Shown piece by piece: positions 30,763 to 42,826 of a stretch of 64,000 nt of DNA; within the stretch, counting starts at the first letter, position 1, and every line of letters begins with the position of its first letter. Source of the DNA: Bryobacterales bacterium (GTDB taxonomy: Bacteria > Acidobacteriota > Terriglobia > Bryobacterales > UBA6623); NCBI GenBank assembly GCA_963422375.2, contig OY729427.2:928001-992000 (forward strand). The letters run 5' to 3'. A program made the translations under genes and the position numbers. The notes beneath the pieces are model-generated. The model made no database searches, was not told where the DNA came from, and worked only from the letters and a program-made list of their open reading frames with translations.

Positions 30763-31398
30763 ATGAAGTCCAGCCCCGAGAGCAGAACAGCCTACGCCTT
30801 GCTCGGTTTCCTAGCATGGCGCCCGATGTCCGGATACGACCTGAAGCAGGTCATCGCGCGCAGCGTCGGCAGCTTCTGGGCCGAGGGCTACGCGCAGATC
30901 TACCCGGTGCTCCGCCGTATGAGCGAGGCCGGCTGGATCGCCAAGCGAAGCGAATGCGGGACGGGCCAGCGGACCCGCCACGTCTACGAGATCACGCCGT
31001 CCGGCCGCGACAGGCTGCGGGCGTGGCTGGACGAGCCCGTCGCCGAGACCCCGCCCAGGATCGAGCTTCTGCTCAAGGTCTTCTTCGGGAGCGAGGTGCC
31101 CGTTGCGGTCAGCGTCGCTCATGTCGAGGCGACGCGCGGCCGCGCGTCGGAAAGACTCGCCGAGTACCTTTCCATTGCCACGGATCTCGAACGGCGCCGG
31201 GAGCACAATCCGGACGCGCTGTTCTGGCGCCTGACGGTGGACTACGGGATCGAAGCGATGCGGGCCCGGCTCCGCTGGTGCGACCGCGCCCTTGCGGAGC
31301 TGCAAGGCCTCGCGGAGCGAGATTCCGCGAACACGGAACCCAGCCGGAACGGGCTCGTCCGTCCGGCAGAACAAGTACGGAAGGAGCATCAACGATGA
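30763..31398 (+). CDS. PadR family transcriptional regulator
   Basis: ALLGFL..PMSGYDL..FW..QIYPVL..YEITPSGR; LLLKVFF C-terminal domain. Confidence 0.93.
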   Translation: MKSSPESRTAYALLGFLAWRPMSGYDLKQVIARSVGSFWAEGYAQIYPVLRRMSEAGWIAKRSECGTGQRTRHVYEITPSGRDRLRAWLDEPVAETPPRIELLLKVFFGSEVPVAVSVAHVEATRGRASERLAEYLSIATDLERRREHNPDALFWRLTVDYGIEAMRARLRWCDRALAELQGLAERDSANTEPSRNGLVRPAEQVRKEHQR

Positions 31399-31853
31399 CA
31401 CACACACGCACACTGCCGCGCACGGCAGCCCTGCTGGCGATGGCGGGGACGCTGGCCCTCGGGGCCCAGATCGAAGTCTCCGTGAGCGAGATCCGGAGCG
31501 ACTCCGGCAATATCATGGTGGCCCTCCACTCCGAGGACTACCCGGGCCCGTTCCCGGACGAGCGCGGCGCCGTGAGCAAGCAGATGGCGAAGGCCGCCCC
31601 GGGCACGGCGCGCTTCGTATTCGGGGACTTGCGTCCGGGCAAGTTCGCGGTTGCCGTCTACCACGACGAGAACGGCAACGGCGAGCTCGACACGGGCTTC
31701 CTAGGAATCCCCAAGGAAGGCTACGGCTTCACCCGCAACGCGAAGGCCACCTTCGGCCCGCCGAGCTTCAGCGCCGCCGAAATCGAACTCGCCTCGGAAG
31801 AGGAACGGTTCGACGCGCCGATCAAGATGAAGTACCGGGACGGAAAGCTATGA
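31395..31853 (+). CDS. DUF2141 domain secreted protein
   Basis: PGKFAVAVYHDENGNGELD..GIPKEGYGF..FGPPSF; ATGA overlap with padR. Confidence 0.88.
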   Translation: MTHTRTLPRTAALLAMAGTLALGAQIEVSVSEIRSDSGNIMVALHSEDYPGPFPDERGAVSKQMAKAAPGTARFVFGDLRPGKFAVAVYHDENGNGELDTGFLGIPKEGYGFTRNAKATFGPPSFSAAEIELASEEERFDAPIKMKYRDGKL

Positions 31854-33367
31854 CGACCCGGCGCGACTTCCTAGCGGGCACGGCCCTCCTCGGCCTCGGC
31901 GGCGCGTCGGCCCGGGCGGCGCGGGCGGAAGATCCCTGGGGGCGGAAGTTCGAGGCAGCGCTGGCCTCGGACCCGGCCCTGCTGGGCTGGGCCAGCGCCG
32001 CGCGCGAGCGGCTGGACTGCCCCGACTTGGCGATCGAGGGACGCTGGCCCGCCGGGCTCGAGGGGACCTTCTACCGGAACGGGCCGGGCTGCCACGAAAC
32101 GGGCGGCCGGCGCTTGCACCACTGGTTCGACGGGGACGGGATGGTCCAGGCGTTCGCGATGTCGGGCGGGCGCGTGCGCCATTCCGGCCGGTTCGTCGAG
32201 ACTCGCAAGCGCGTCGCGGAGAAGGAGGCCGGCCGCATGCTCTGGCCGGCCTTCGGCACGGCGGTCGCCGATCCCGCGCCCCTGACAGGCCCGGACACGG
32301 TGAACGCGGCGAACATCAGCCTGCTGCATCACGCGGGCGAGCTGCTCGCCCTCTGGGAGGCCGGATCCGCCCACCTCATGGCGCCCGACACGCTCGAGAC
32401 CTTGGGGCCGAAGGCCTGGTCGTCCGAGCTGGCGGGCGCCCCCTTCTCGGCGCATCCGAAGGTCGAGCCCGACGGAACGCTCTGGTCGTTCGGATACGCC
32501 CTCCACCAAGGCCTGCTCGCCCTGTACCGGATCGACCCCGCGGGCCGGGTGACGACCGTCGGCACGATCGGCGTGAAGGATCTCGGGATGGTCCACGATT
32601 TCGCGGTCACCGCCCGGCACGTGGTCTTCGTGCTGCCACCGCTCGTGTTCGAGCGCGAGCGCGCCGAGGAGCGCGGCACCTTCCTCGACGGACACGTCTG
32701 GCGGCCGGAACTCGGCGTGCGCGTGCTGGCCGTGCGCAAGGAGGATTTCAGCCAGCGCCGCTGGTGGCAGCTGCCGGCCGGCTTCATGTTCCACTTCGGG
32801 AACGCGTGGGAGGACGGCGGCGCGATCCATCTGGACTACTGCCTGGCCCCGGACGCGAGCGGGCTGACGAAGACGTTCCGCGAGATCATGCGCGGCGTCT
32901 GGAGCCCGCCCACCGGACCGACGCGCTTCGCCCAGGTGACCCTCGGCCAAGGCGACGCCGTCGAGCAGCGCGTCGCGAGCCTGGCGGCCGAGTTCCCGCG
33001 AGTTGCGCCGGACGTTGTCGGGCGGCGGCATCGCCACGTCTACAGCCTGGCCGGCGATCCGGCGATCCGGCCGGGGGAGCGGTCGCTCGGCCTCGACCGC
33101 GCCGTGCGCTGGGATACCGAGACAGGGGACACGCAGGAGTTCTCCTACGGCAGCGGATTCCTTCCCGAGGAGCATGTCTTCGTCCCCCGCGCGGGCTCGC
33201 GCTCGGAGACGGACGGATGGCTGCTAGGGACCGCGCTGGACCTGCGGCGGGAAGCCACGCAACTGGCGGTCTTCGACGCCGCGCGCCTCGGAGACGGCCC
33301 CCTGGCCGTAGCGCGCCTGCCCTACCCCCTGCCGCTCGGGTTCCACGGCATCTACGTGGGCGCCTGA
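31850..33367 (+). CDS. Carotenoid/stilbene cleavage dioxygenase (RPE65 family) with Tat signal
   Basis: TRRDFL Tat motif; YRNGPG, HWFDGDGM; four His ligands in FSAHPK, MVHDF, FHFGNAWE, LGFHG. Confidence 0.93.
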   Translation: MTTRRDFLAGTALLGLGGASARAARAEDPWGRKFEAALASDPALLGWASAARERLDCPDLAIEGRWPAGLEGTFYRNGPGCHETGGRRLHHWFDGDGMVQAFAMSGGRVRHSGRFVETRKRVAEKEAGRMLWPAFGTAVADPAPLTGPDTVNAANISLLHHAGELLALWEAGSAHLMAPDTLETLGPKAWSSELAGAPFSAHPKVEPDGTLWSFGYALHQGLLALYRIDPAGRVTTVGTIGVKDLGMVHDFAVTARHVVFVLPPLVFERERAEERGTFLDGHVWRPELGVRVLAVRKEDFSQRRWWQLPAGFMFHFGNAWEDGGAIHLDYCLAPDASGLTKTFREIMRGVWSPPTGPTRFAQVTLGQGDAVEQRVASLAAEFPRVAPDVVGRRHRHVYSLAGDPAIRPGERSLGLDRAVRWDTETGDTQEFSYGSGFLPEEHVFVPRAGSRSETDGWLLGTALDLRREATQLAVFDAARLGDGPLAVARLPYPLPLGFHGIYVGA

Positions 33368-33401
33368 GAGCCCGCGGCGGGGCGGGAGGTTGGCGGCGAC
33401 A

Positions 33402-33438
33402 GAGGAGGGCCCGCGGCCGAACGCTGCGGGCCCTCTTC
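33402..33438 (+). terminator. Strong hairpin, putative terminator
   Basis: 16-bp stem GAGGAGGGCCCGCGGC / GCTGCGGGCCCTCTTC with 5-nt loop after the operon; weak U-tract. Confidence 0.6.
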
Positions 33439-33478
33439 ACGCGGCTCCGGCCCGGCGGGAGCGGGTACGATCAGAGGG

Positions 33479-34453
33479 GTGGCCGACTACCTAGCAAGCC
33501 TGGTCGAGCGAGCCAGAGCCAAGCGCTGCCGGATCGTCTTCCCGGAAGGGGACGATCCGAGGGTGCGCGAGGCCTGCGCCCGGCTGGCGCGGGACGAGGT
33601 AGTGCAGCCGTTGCTGGTGAGCGCCGACACCCGGTGCGCGCCCGGCGTCGATTGCGCCCATCCCGAGACGTCGGGCATGGCCGCGCGGTACGCCCGGATC
33701 TACCACGAGCGCCGCCGGCACCGCGGGGTCACCTCGGCCGAAGCCGAGCGGGTAGCCCGCAAGCCGCTCTACTACGCCGCGCTGATGCTCGAGAACGGCG
33801 ACGCGCAAGGCCTAGTGGGGGGAGCCAAGAACACCACGGCAACGACGCTGCGGGCGCTGATCGAGTGCGTGGGCGTGCGGCCGGAGTACAGGCTCGTCTC
33901 GAGCTTCATGGTGCAGGTCCATCCGGACCCGCGGTTCGGCAACGGCGGCGTCATGATCTTCTCGGACCCAGCGGTCGTGCCCGACCCGACGGCGAGCCAG
34001 CTCGCGGACATCGCCATCGCCGCCGCCCGGAACAGCCGCCAGCTGCTTGCCGCGGAGCCCTGCGTGGCCCTGCTGTCGTTCTCGACCAAGGGCAGCGCGC
34101 GGCACAAGCTGGTGGACAAGGTGATCGAGGCCCTGCGCATCGTCCGGGCGCGGGAGCCGGAACTGCGCGTCGACGGCGAGCTGCAGGCCGACGCCGCCCT
34201 GCTGGAGAGCGTCGGCGCGTCGAAGGCGCCCGGCTCGCCGGTCGCCGGCAAGGCCAACGTGCTGGTGTTCCCCGACCTCAACGCCGCCAATATCGGCTAC
34301 AAGCTGGCCGAGCGGCTGGGCGACGCCCAGTCCCTCGGGCCGTTCCTGCAGGGTCTCAACAAGCCCGCCAACGATCTATCACGGGGCTGCTCGATCGAGG
34401 ACATCTACTACGTGGCGGCGATCACGGCGCTGCAGGCGGCCGGCGAGGCCTAG
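33479..34453 (+). CDS. pta: Phosphate acetyltransferase
   Basis: [51 protein letters not shown]. Confidence 0.96.
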   Translation: MADYLASLVERARAKRCRIVFPEGDDPRVREACARLARDEVVQPLLVSADTRCAPGVDCAHPETSGMAARYARIYHERRRHRGVTSAEAERVARKPLYYAALMLENGDAQGLVGGAKNTTATTLRALIECVGVRPEYRLVSSFMVQVHPDPRFGNGGVMIFSDPAVVPDPTASQLADIAIAAARNSRQLLAAEPCVALLSFSTKGSARHKLVDKVIEALRIVRAREPELRVDGELQADAALLESVGASKAPGSPVAGKANVLVFPDLNAANIGYKLAERLGDAQSLGPFLQGLNKPANDLSRGCSIEDIYYVAAITALQAAGEA

Positions 34454-34691
34454 CCCCCCGCCCCTGCGCCTCCTCCCGCATCGCCACCGCCCACGCGAGG
34501 TACGCGGCCAGTCGTCGGCGTTCGCTCCAGGCGAACCGGAGGAACCGGCCCGGGCCGATCGAGTCCGCCTCCATGCCGGAGTAGGTCTCGATGCGCCAGC
34601 GCAGGTAGGGGCTGCGCCAGGGCCGCAGGCGGTAGCCTCTGGCCGCCTGCCAGAGGAAGCGGAGAGCTTCCGGCCAAGCTGGCGGGGTCAT
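34422..34691 (-). CDS. Small conserved hypothetical protein
   Basis: [22 protein letters not shown], a motif I recognise from acidobacterial hypotheticals; follows the VWA genes. Confidence 0.65.
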   Translation of the reverse strand: MTPPAWPEALRFLWQAARGYRLRPWRSPYLRWRIETYSGMEADSIGPGRFLRFAWSERRRLAAYLAWAVAMREEAQGRGARPRRPPAAP

Positions 34692-34705
34692 GCGGTCGGA
34701 CGCGC

Positions 34706-35662
34706 TCAGTCGGCGTAGTAGCCCGGACGGTAGCGCACCTTGTTGCTCTTGGCGCTGCCCTTCAGCTCGATGCGGATGCGCCGGTAGCCCGGAGGCTTTC
34801 CCTGCGGTCGCTGGTACTCGAGAATGTACTGGTTCCGGATATCCGCGGCGATGCGCCGCATCAGCGGCTCGACCTCGTCGAACGTGGCCGGGAAGTACGC
34901 CGGCCCCCCGGTCGGCCGGGTCAGGTTCCGGAGATGTCGTTCCGCGCGCCGGGCGGCCGCGCGCTCCTCGTCCGCGAGAATGCCCACGCCGTAGATCGTC
35001 ACGTCCGACGATTGCAGCTTGCGCACGAGAATCTCGAGATCCATGCGGCTGGAGGTGTCCTCGCCGTCGGTGATGACGAGCAGAGCGCGCTTGTTGTAGG
35101 TCTTATTGGCGTGCTCGGACAGGTGATCGAGGGAAATGCTGGTCGCGTCGTACAGAGCCGTGCCTCCGCGGGTGTCGATCCTCTGCAGGGCGTCCTGCAG
35201 TCGGTCCAGATTGCTGGTGAAGTCCTGGTCTAGGTAAGCCTCCTCGTTGAAATTCACGACGAACACCTCGTCCTGGGGATTCGACGCCTTGACGAACTCC
35301 ATCGCCGCGGCGTTCACCTGGCGCCGCCTGGGCCTCATGCTGCCCGAGTTGTCGATCACGAGGCCGATCGACACCGGAACGTCCTCCTGCGCGAAATAGC
35401 TCAGAGCCTGCGTCCTGTCGTCCTCGGCGACTTCGAAGGCCTCGCGCTCCAGATCCGTCACGAAGCGGTCCTGCCGGTCGACCACCGTCACGTGCAGCAC
35501 CACTCTCTCGGTCTCGACGCAGAAAGTGACTCCGGGGTCGCACGGGGCGCCCTCTCCCGACGACTGCGCGGGAGCGGCGGACGGCGCCAAGGCCGCGGCG
35601 AGGCCGGCCGCTACCACCGCCCGGCGGCAGGCCCCCGGAACGGCCCTAGCGGGTCGGCGCAT
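34706..35662 (-). CDS. VWA domain protein (acidobacterial VWFA type)
   Basis: MIDAS DNSGSM, GGTALYDA, LLVITDGED, TGG, IRNQYILEY. Confidence 0.9.
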   Translation of the reverse strand: MRRPARAVPGACRRAVVAAGLAAALAPSAAPAQSSGEGAPCDPGVTFCVETERVVLHVTVVDRQDRFVTDLEREAFEVAEDDRTQALSYFAQEDVPVSIGLVIDNSGSMRPRRRQVNAAAMEFVKASNPQDEVFVVNFNEEAYLDQDFTSNLDRLQDALQRIDTRGGTALYDATSISLDHLSEHANKTYNKRALLVITDGEDTSSRMDLEILVRKLQSSDVTIYGVGILADEERAAARRAERHLRNLTRPTGGPAYFPATFDEVEPLMRRIAADIRNQYILEYQRPQGKPPGYRRIRIELKGSAKSNKVRYRPGYYAD

Positions 35663-36650
35663 AGTAGCCACTTCGATAGTAGGCACGCAGCTCGGGCATA
35701 CCCCGGATCTTGCGGATCTCGACCTTCACGCGGCGCCACTTCCCGTCCTTCTGCGTGTTCTCGGGGATGTATCCCAGGACGTATTGGTTGCGCAGCTCGA
35801 TGCCGATCTTCTCGGCGATGTCGGGAAGCTCGTTGACGTTCTGGACGGCGAACTGCCGCCCTCCCGTAGCTTCCGCGATCTCCGTCAGCAGGCCCGGACC
35901 GGCGGCCTCCTCCGGCGTCCGCCCCCGCGTAGAGTACGGCTCGTAGATCCCGATCGCGTAGATTTGCACGTCGGACTCGCGCACGGTGCGCTTGATCTCG
36001 CGCGGCGTGTAGCGGCTGGAATTGTCCCCGCCGTCGGATATCACAAGCAACGCCTTCTGGCTGTTGCGTGCCTGCTTCATCTGATTCAGCGCGAGGTAGA
36101 TCGCGTCCAGCAGCGCCGTGCGGCCCTTCGACCGCACGAACGTCAGGCGGCTCTGGATCTCCTCGAGACTGCGCGTGAAACCCGTCACCATCTCGGGGCG
36201 GTTGTTGAACTGCACGAGGAAGAACTCGTCCTCGGGATTCACGGTCTTGAAGAACTGCGAGACGGCCTCGCGGGCCTTGCTCATCTTGTAGCCCATGCTG
36301 CCGGACGCGTCAAAGACCACGGCCAGCGACAGCGGCGCCTCCTCGGCGCCGAACTGCTCAATCACCTGCTTCCTGTTGTCTTCCTTCACGAGGAAGTGCG
36401 CCTTGCCGAGGCCGGTCACCATGCGGCCCGTCGGGTCGGTGACGGTGACGTTGATCAGCGCCAAGTCGACGTCGACCTTGATGACGTCGCGGCTTCCGAA
36501 CTCCAGATCCAAGTCGCCGCTAGCGGACTCGGCCGTCGGCACTCGGTCCGCGTCGGCACCCAGCGCGAGGGCGACTGCCAAGGCGGGCAGGCAGGCCAGC
36601 GCAGGCCAGCGCAGGCCGAGGTAACGCCGCTTTCGCTCCGTGGTCCGCAT
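35646..36650 (-). CDS. VWA domain protein (acidobacterial VWFA type)
   Basis: DASGSM, GRTALLDAI, VISDGGDN, TGG, LRNQYVLGY. Confidence 0.9.
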   Translation of the reverse strand: MRTTERKRRYLGLRWPALACLPALAVALALGADADRVPTAESASGDLDLEFGSRDVIKVDVDLALINVTVTDPTGRMVTGLGKAHFLVKEDNRKQVIEQFGAEEAPLSLAVVFDASGSMGYKMSKAREAVSQFFKTVNPEDEFFLVQFNNRPEMVTGFTRSLEEIQSRLTFVRSKGRTALLDAIYLALNQMKQARNSQKALLVISDGGDNSSRYTPREIKRTVRESDVQIYAIGIYEPYSTRGRTPEEAAGPGLLTEIAEATGGRQFAVQNVNELPDIAEKIGIELRNQYVLGYIPENTQKDGKWRRVKVEIRKIRGMPELRAYYRSGYYAPTR

Positions 36651-36865
36651 CGGCGACCGTTCAAGGCGACGGCTTCCGGAACGCCGCCGCGCTCGACAGC
36701 GCTATCAGCATAGCACCGCAACGTCCCGCTCGGCGACAGCTTCCGCGTCCCGGCAGGACGCCGACCGGCCCAAGTGGAGCGTCGGGGTCCCCGCGGTGAC
36801 GGAAGCGCTTCCGTCACCGGCGGGCCTGCCGCGCGAGACCGCCCGGGCGATCGGGCCAAGGGTGA

Positions 36866-38683
<1,818 letters not shown>

Positions 38684-38731
38684 CCCGCGGCGCGAGGGGG
38701 ACGGCAGGCGAGCGCCGGCCGCGGAGGCACC

Positions 38732-39730
38732 ATGCTGAGGATCGGACAGTTCGGAGCGGGCCGGATCGGCCGCATGCACGCGAGGAACCTAGCGGCGCAC
38801 CCGCGCGTGGAACTCGCGGCCATCTACGACGTGGACGCCGGGGCCGCAGCCGCGGCGGCCGCGGAGTGCGGCGCGCGGGCCGCGGCGGCCGCCGGGGAGA
38901 TCCTGGGGGACACCGCGGTCGACGCCGTGCTGATCGCGTCCTCGACCGACACCCACTGCGACCTGCTCGAGCGCGCGGCCCGGACCGGCAAGGCCGTCCT
39001 TTGCGAGAAGCCGATCCATCTCGACATCCGCCGGGTCGACGCCTGCCGGAAAGCCGTCGAGAGCGCCGGCGTGCCGGTGCAGATCGGATTCAACCGGCGC
39101 TTCGACCCCGGCCACGCCGCTCTTCGCGAGGCCGCCCGCGCGGGCGAGCTCGGACGTCTCGAGCAGGCCGTCATCACCAGCCGCGACCCGGCCCCGCCAA
39201 GCCTCGACTACTTGCGGGAGTCCGGCGGCATCTTCCGCGACATGGCGATTCACGACTTCGATCTCGCACGGTTCCTGTTCGACGAGGAGCCCGTCGAGGT
39301 CACTGCCATGGGAGCGGTGCTGACGGACGAACGGATCGGCGAGATCGGAGATTTCGACGCGGCGATGGCCGTGCTGCGGATGGAGTCCGGCGCGCTGTGC
39401 CACATCAACTGCTCGCGACGCTGCACGTACGGCTACGACCAGCGCATCGAGCTGTTCGGCGAGAGGGGCATGATGGTATCGGAAAACCCGACCCCTACCA
39501 GCGTCGCCCGGTTCAGCGCCACGGCGACCGGGGCGCGAGACCGCCTCCACCATTTCTTCATCGAGCGCTACGCGCAGTCCTACCGGAGCGAGATCGACGC
39601 GTTCGTCGCGGCGGTCGACGGCGGCGACCAAGCGTCCCCGTCGTTCGAGGACGGCCGACGTGCATTGGTCCTGGCCAACGCCGCGCTGGAGTCCGCCGGG
39701 ACCGGACGCGCCGTGGCGGTCCGCGAATAG
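38732..39730 (+). CDS. iolG: Inositol 2-dehydrogenase
   Basis: GAGRIG, ASSTDTH, CEKP, GFNRRFDP, ITSRDP, SGGIFRDMAIHDFD, YGYDQRIE. Confidence 0.9.
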   Translation: MLRIGQFGAGRIGRMHARNLAAHPRVELAAIYDVDAGAAAAAAAECGARAAAAAGEILGDTAVDAVLIASSTDTHCDLLERAARTGKAVLCEKPIHLDIRRVDACRKAVESAGVPVQIGFNRRFDPGHAALREAARAGELGRLEQAVITSRDPAPPSLDYLRESGGIFRDMAIHDFDLARFLFDEEPVEVTAMGAVLTDERIGEIGDFDAAMAVLRMESGALCHINCSRRCTYGYDQRIELFGERGMMVSENPTPTSVARFSATATGARDRLHHFFIERYAQSYRSEIDAFVAAVDGGDQASPSFEDGRRALVLANAALESAGTGRAVAVRE

Positions 39731-39791
39731 GCCCGGAACCGCGCTCGGAAATCCCTCCGGGCAGCGCGCCCGGGGATATACTCCGGATGCG

Positions 39792-41132
39792 ATGCGACTG
39801 CTTGTCCCCGTGCTGCTCGCAGCGGCCGCGACCCTCCCCGCCCAGCAAGCCGAATGGAGCGCCGGGCTGGCGACGGTCGACATCACGCCGTCGGAGCCAG
39901 TTCCCATGGCCGGGTACGCTTCCCGGCGGGCCCCGTTCGAGGCGGTCGCCCAGCCCATCTACGCCAAGGCGCTGGCGTTGCGGGACCGCGAAGGCGGGCG
40001 GGCACTGCTGATCACCGCCGACATCCTCGGCTTCACCGCCGAGCGGTCGGCGTCAATCTGCCGGCGGCTCGAGGAGAGCGACGGCCTAGCGAGGGAGCAG
40101 GTCCTGCTCAACGCCTCGCACACGCACTCCGGCCCGCTGGTCGCTGGATCCATGCTCACCTCGGTGCCGGAGGCGGCCCGCGAGAGGATCCGGCGCTACG
40201 TCGGGGTCATGGAGGACAGGATCGTCGCGGCAGCCCGGAAGGCCCTGCAGGACCTACGTCCGGCGCACCTGTCATGGGGCCGCGGCGTGGCATCCTTCGC
40301 TATGAACCGGCGCGAGTTCACCGACCGCGGCGTCATTCTCGGCACGAACGCGAGCGGTCCCGCGGACCGGACGGTACCCGTCCTGCGGGTGGCAGGCGCC
40401 GACGGCAGCCCGCGGGCGGTGGTCTTCGGCGCCGCGTCGCATTGCACCACGCTGACGGGCCGCAACATGCTCCTCGGCGGGGACTACGCCGGGTACGCCC
40501 AGGAGTTCCTCGAAGTGCGCCGACCGGGGGTACAGGCGATGTTCGTGACGGGCTGCGCCGGCGACGCCAACCCCTACCCTCGCGGGACCATCGACCTGGC
40601 CCGGCGCCACGGCAGCGAGCTGGCCGCGGCGGTCGAGCAGGTCCTCGGAGGCGAGCTGCGCCCGCTGCGCGGACCGCTCCGGACGGAATTCCGGCAGGTC
40701 GACCTGCCACTCGCCGAGCACACCAAGGAGCGGATTCTGGAAATGCACGACGGAGCGCCGTCCTACCGGCGCTTCTTCACGCAGGGCGCGCTCGCGAAGC
40801 TGGAGCGAGGCCGGCCCCTGCTGCGGTCCTACTCCGCCCCGTTCGCCCTGTGGCGCTTCGGCTCGGATCTGACGCTCGTGGCCTTCAGCGGCGAAACGGT
40901 GGTGGACTACGTGCGGCTGACGCAGGAGGCGCTCGGGCCCCTCAACCTGTGGGTCAGCGGCTACAGCAACGACGTCTTCGGATACCTGCCTACCTCGAGA
41001 ATCCTGAGAGAGGGCGGCTACGAAACGCGCGGGCTGTACGTGGAGTACGGACTGTTTCGGCCCGGCGTGGAAGACGCGGTGATGGCCGCGGTCAGGGACA
41101 TGGCCCGCAAGGCGGGACGGCTCAAGGACTGA
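39792..41132 (+). CDS. Neutral/alkaline ceramidase-like secreted hydrolase
   Basis: DITP..MAGY, ASHTHSGP, HCTTL..GDYAG, GCAGDANP, EGGYE. Confidence 0.8.
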   Translation: MRLLVPVLLAAAATLPAQQAEWSAGLATVDITPSEPVPMAGYASRRAPFEAVAQPIYAKALALRDREGGRALLITADILGFTAERSASICRRLEESDGLAREQVLLNASHTHSGPLVAGSMLTSVPEAARERIRRYVGVMEDRIVAAARKALQDLRPAHLSWGRGVASFAMNRREFTDRGVILGTNASGPADRTVPVLRVAGADGSPRAVVFGAASHCTTLTGRNMLLGGDYAGYAQEFLEVRRPGVQAMFVTGCAGDANPYPRGTIDLARRHGSELAAAVEQVLGGELRPLRGPLRTEFRQVDLPLAEHTKERILEMHDGAPSYRRFFTQGALAKLERGRPLLRSYSAPFALWRFGSDLTLVAFSGETVVDYVRLTQEALGPLNLWVSGYSNDVFGYLPTSRILREGGYETRGLYVEYGLFRPGVEDAVMAAVRDMARKAGRLKD

Positions 41133-42762
41133 GCGGGGCTCGCGAGGCCTTCGCTCGCGACGTCCTCTCGCGCACGCGCACCAACTGCCTTCGGGCCTCG
41201 GCGTGGCCGGGATGCCATGCGAGAACGGCCGCCAGCGCGGCTTGGGCGGTGGCCAGTTCGCCCGCCTCGAGCGCAAGGCCCGCCAGGATCCGCTGGGCAT
41301 CGGTCTTGCTCGGCGCGAGATCCACGCAAGTGCGCAGCGCCCGGAGCGCCTCCTCCAGCCGCCCGGCGGCCTGCAAGGCGAGGCCCCGCTGGAAATGCGC
41401 TTCCGCCCGCTCGGGGTTGATCCGGAGCGCGGCGTCCAGCGCCTCCAGGACGCGGTCCGAGCCGTGCCCGGCGCGGCGTCGGGCGACCCCGAGGTAGAGG
41501 TGGGCGTCCTCGAAGTCCGGGCTGGCACCGATCGCTTGCCGGAACGCCTCGATCGCCGCGGGCGCGTCACCCTCTTCCAGCCGGCTCCTGCCGTTGCGCA
41601 CGAGCAGGACCGCGCGCCCCATGCCGGCCTGCCGCGCCGCCACTGCGTCGGATCGCTCGCTGGCCGCCCGCGCCTCGTCGTCCCGGCCCGTGCGCCGGTA
41701 CGCCCGAGCGAGATTGCGATGGGCCTTGACCATCAGCGGGGCGCGTCGAATCGCCTCTTCGAAATGCAGGATCGCGGCGTTCGCGTCACCGAGCCGCAGC
41801 AGCACCGCGCCCAAGGTGTTCCGGGCGTCCGAGTCTGCGGGAAACTCCCTCACGGCCCGTTCCAGCTCGCGCGCGGCGGCCGGGACATCCCCGGCCTGCT
41901 GGAGGGCCGCTCCAAGAGCCCGTCTCGCTCCGGGATGCCTCGGGTCCGCCTCCAAGGCGGAGCGGAAACTGTCGGCCGCCGGGCCCAAGTCCCCGGTCTC
42001 CGTGAGGGCCAGCCCCAAGTTGTAGAGCGCTTGCGGATTGCCCGGTTCGAGGCCAACCGCCTTCCGCAGCGCGGCGACCGCGCCCGCGCCGTCGCCCGAT
42101 TCGGCCAGCGCGATCCCCAAGGCCAGCGGGGCGCGCGGGTTGCCCGAATCCGCCGCGCTGGCCGCCCGGAGGTGGGCCACGGCTTCCTCGATCTCCCCTT
42201 CGCGCTGCAGCAGGATCCCGAGGTTGAAGCGGGCTTCCCCGAAACCGGGAGCCCGGCGCACGATTTCGCGAAGCAGCCTCGCGGCCCCGCGGGTGTCGCC
42301 CCGCGCGCTGAGGGCGGCGCTCAGCATGTAGCGCGCAGGCAGGAGATCGGGAGCCGACCGCACGGCGTCGTGATACGCGCCGAGGGCCTCGTCGGCACGG
42401 CCGGCGCGTTCGAGCGCCATGCCCCGGTGGAAATGGCCCTCGGCGTAATCGGGGTCGATCGCGACGGCCCGCTCGAATTGCTCCAGCGCGTCTGCCAGCC
42501 GACCGCTCTCGGCCTGGATGACGCCGATCGCGCGGTGCGACTCCTTGTCGGCCGGATCCGCCTCGATCGCGGCGTGGAAATAGCCGAGGGCGGCTTGCGG
42601 GCTGCCCTCCTCGAGATACCGCAGCCCCTTCTCTCGGTGCGAGGCGGCGACCTCGACGGAAGCAGGCTCCTGGGCCGCCGCGCCGGAGGCGAGAGCCAAG
42701 GCCGCCGCGAGAACGGCGAGCGGGCGCTCGGTCCACCCGCCGAAGCGCCCCCGGCCCGCCAT
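41122..42762 (-). CDS. Secreted TPR protein
   Basis: Many TPR units (ARFNLGILL, ALYNLGLAL, ARNTLGAVL, AHFQRGLAL). Confidence 0.88.
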   Translation of the reverse strand: MAGRGRFGGWTERPLAVLAAALALASGAAAQEPASVEVAASHREKGLRYLEEGSPQAALGYFHAAIEADPADKESHRAIGVIQAESGRLADALEQFERAVAIDPDYAEGHFHRGMALERAGRADEALGAYHDAVRSAPDLLPARYMLSAALSARGDTRGAARLLREIVRRAPGFGEARFNLGILLQREGEIEEAVAHLRAASAADSGNPRAPLALGIALAESGDGAGAVAALRKAVGLEPGNPQALYNLGLALTETGDLGPAADSFRSALEADPRHPGARRALGAALQQAGDVPAAARELERAVREFPADSDARNTLGAVLLRLGDANAAILHFEEAIRRAPLMVKAHRNLARAYRRTGRDDEARAASERSDAVAARQAGMGRAVLLVRNGRSRLEEGDAPAAIEAFRQAIGASPDFEDAHLYLGVARRRAGHGSDRVLEALDAALRINPERAEAHFQRGLALQAAGRLEEALRALRTCVDLAPSKTDAQRILAGLALEAGELATAQAALAAVLAWHPGHAEARRQLVRVRERTSRAKASRAPLSP

Positions 42763-42826
42763 CGAATTCCAGTATGCGGGCCAGCGCGGCCGCGAGCGCC
42801 GACCCAAGTCCGGTCGCCGAAACCGC

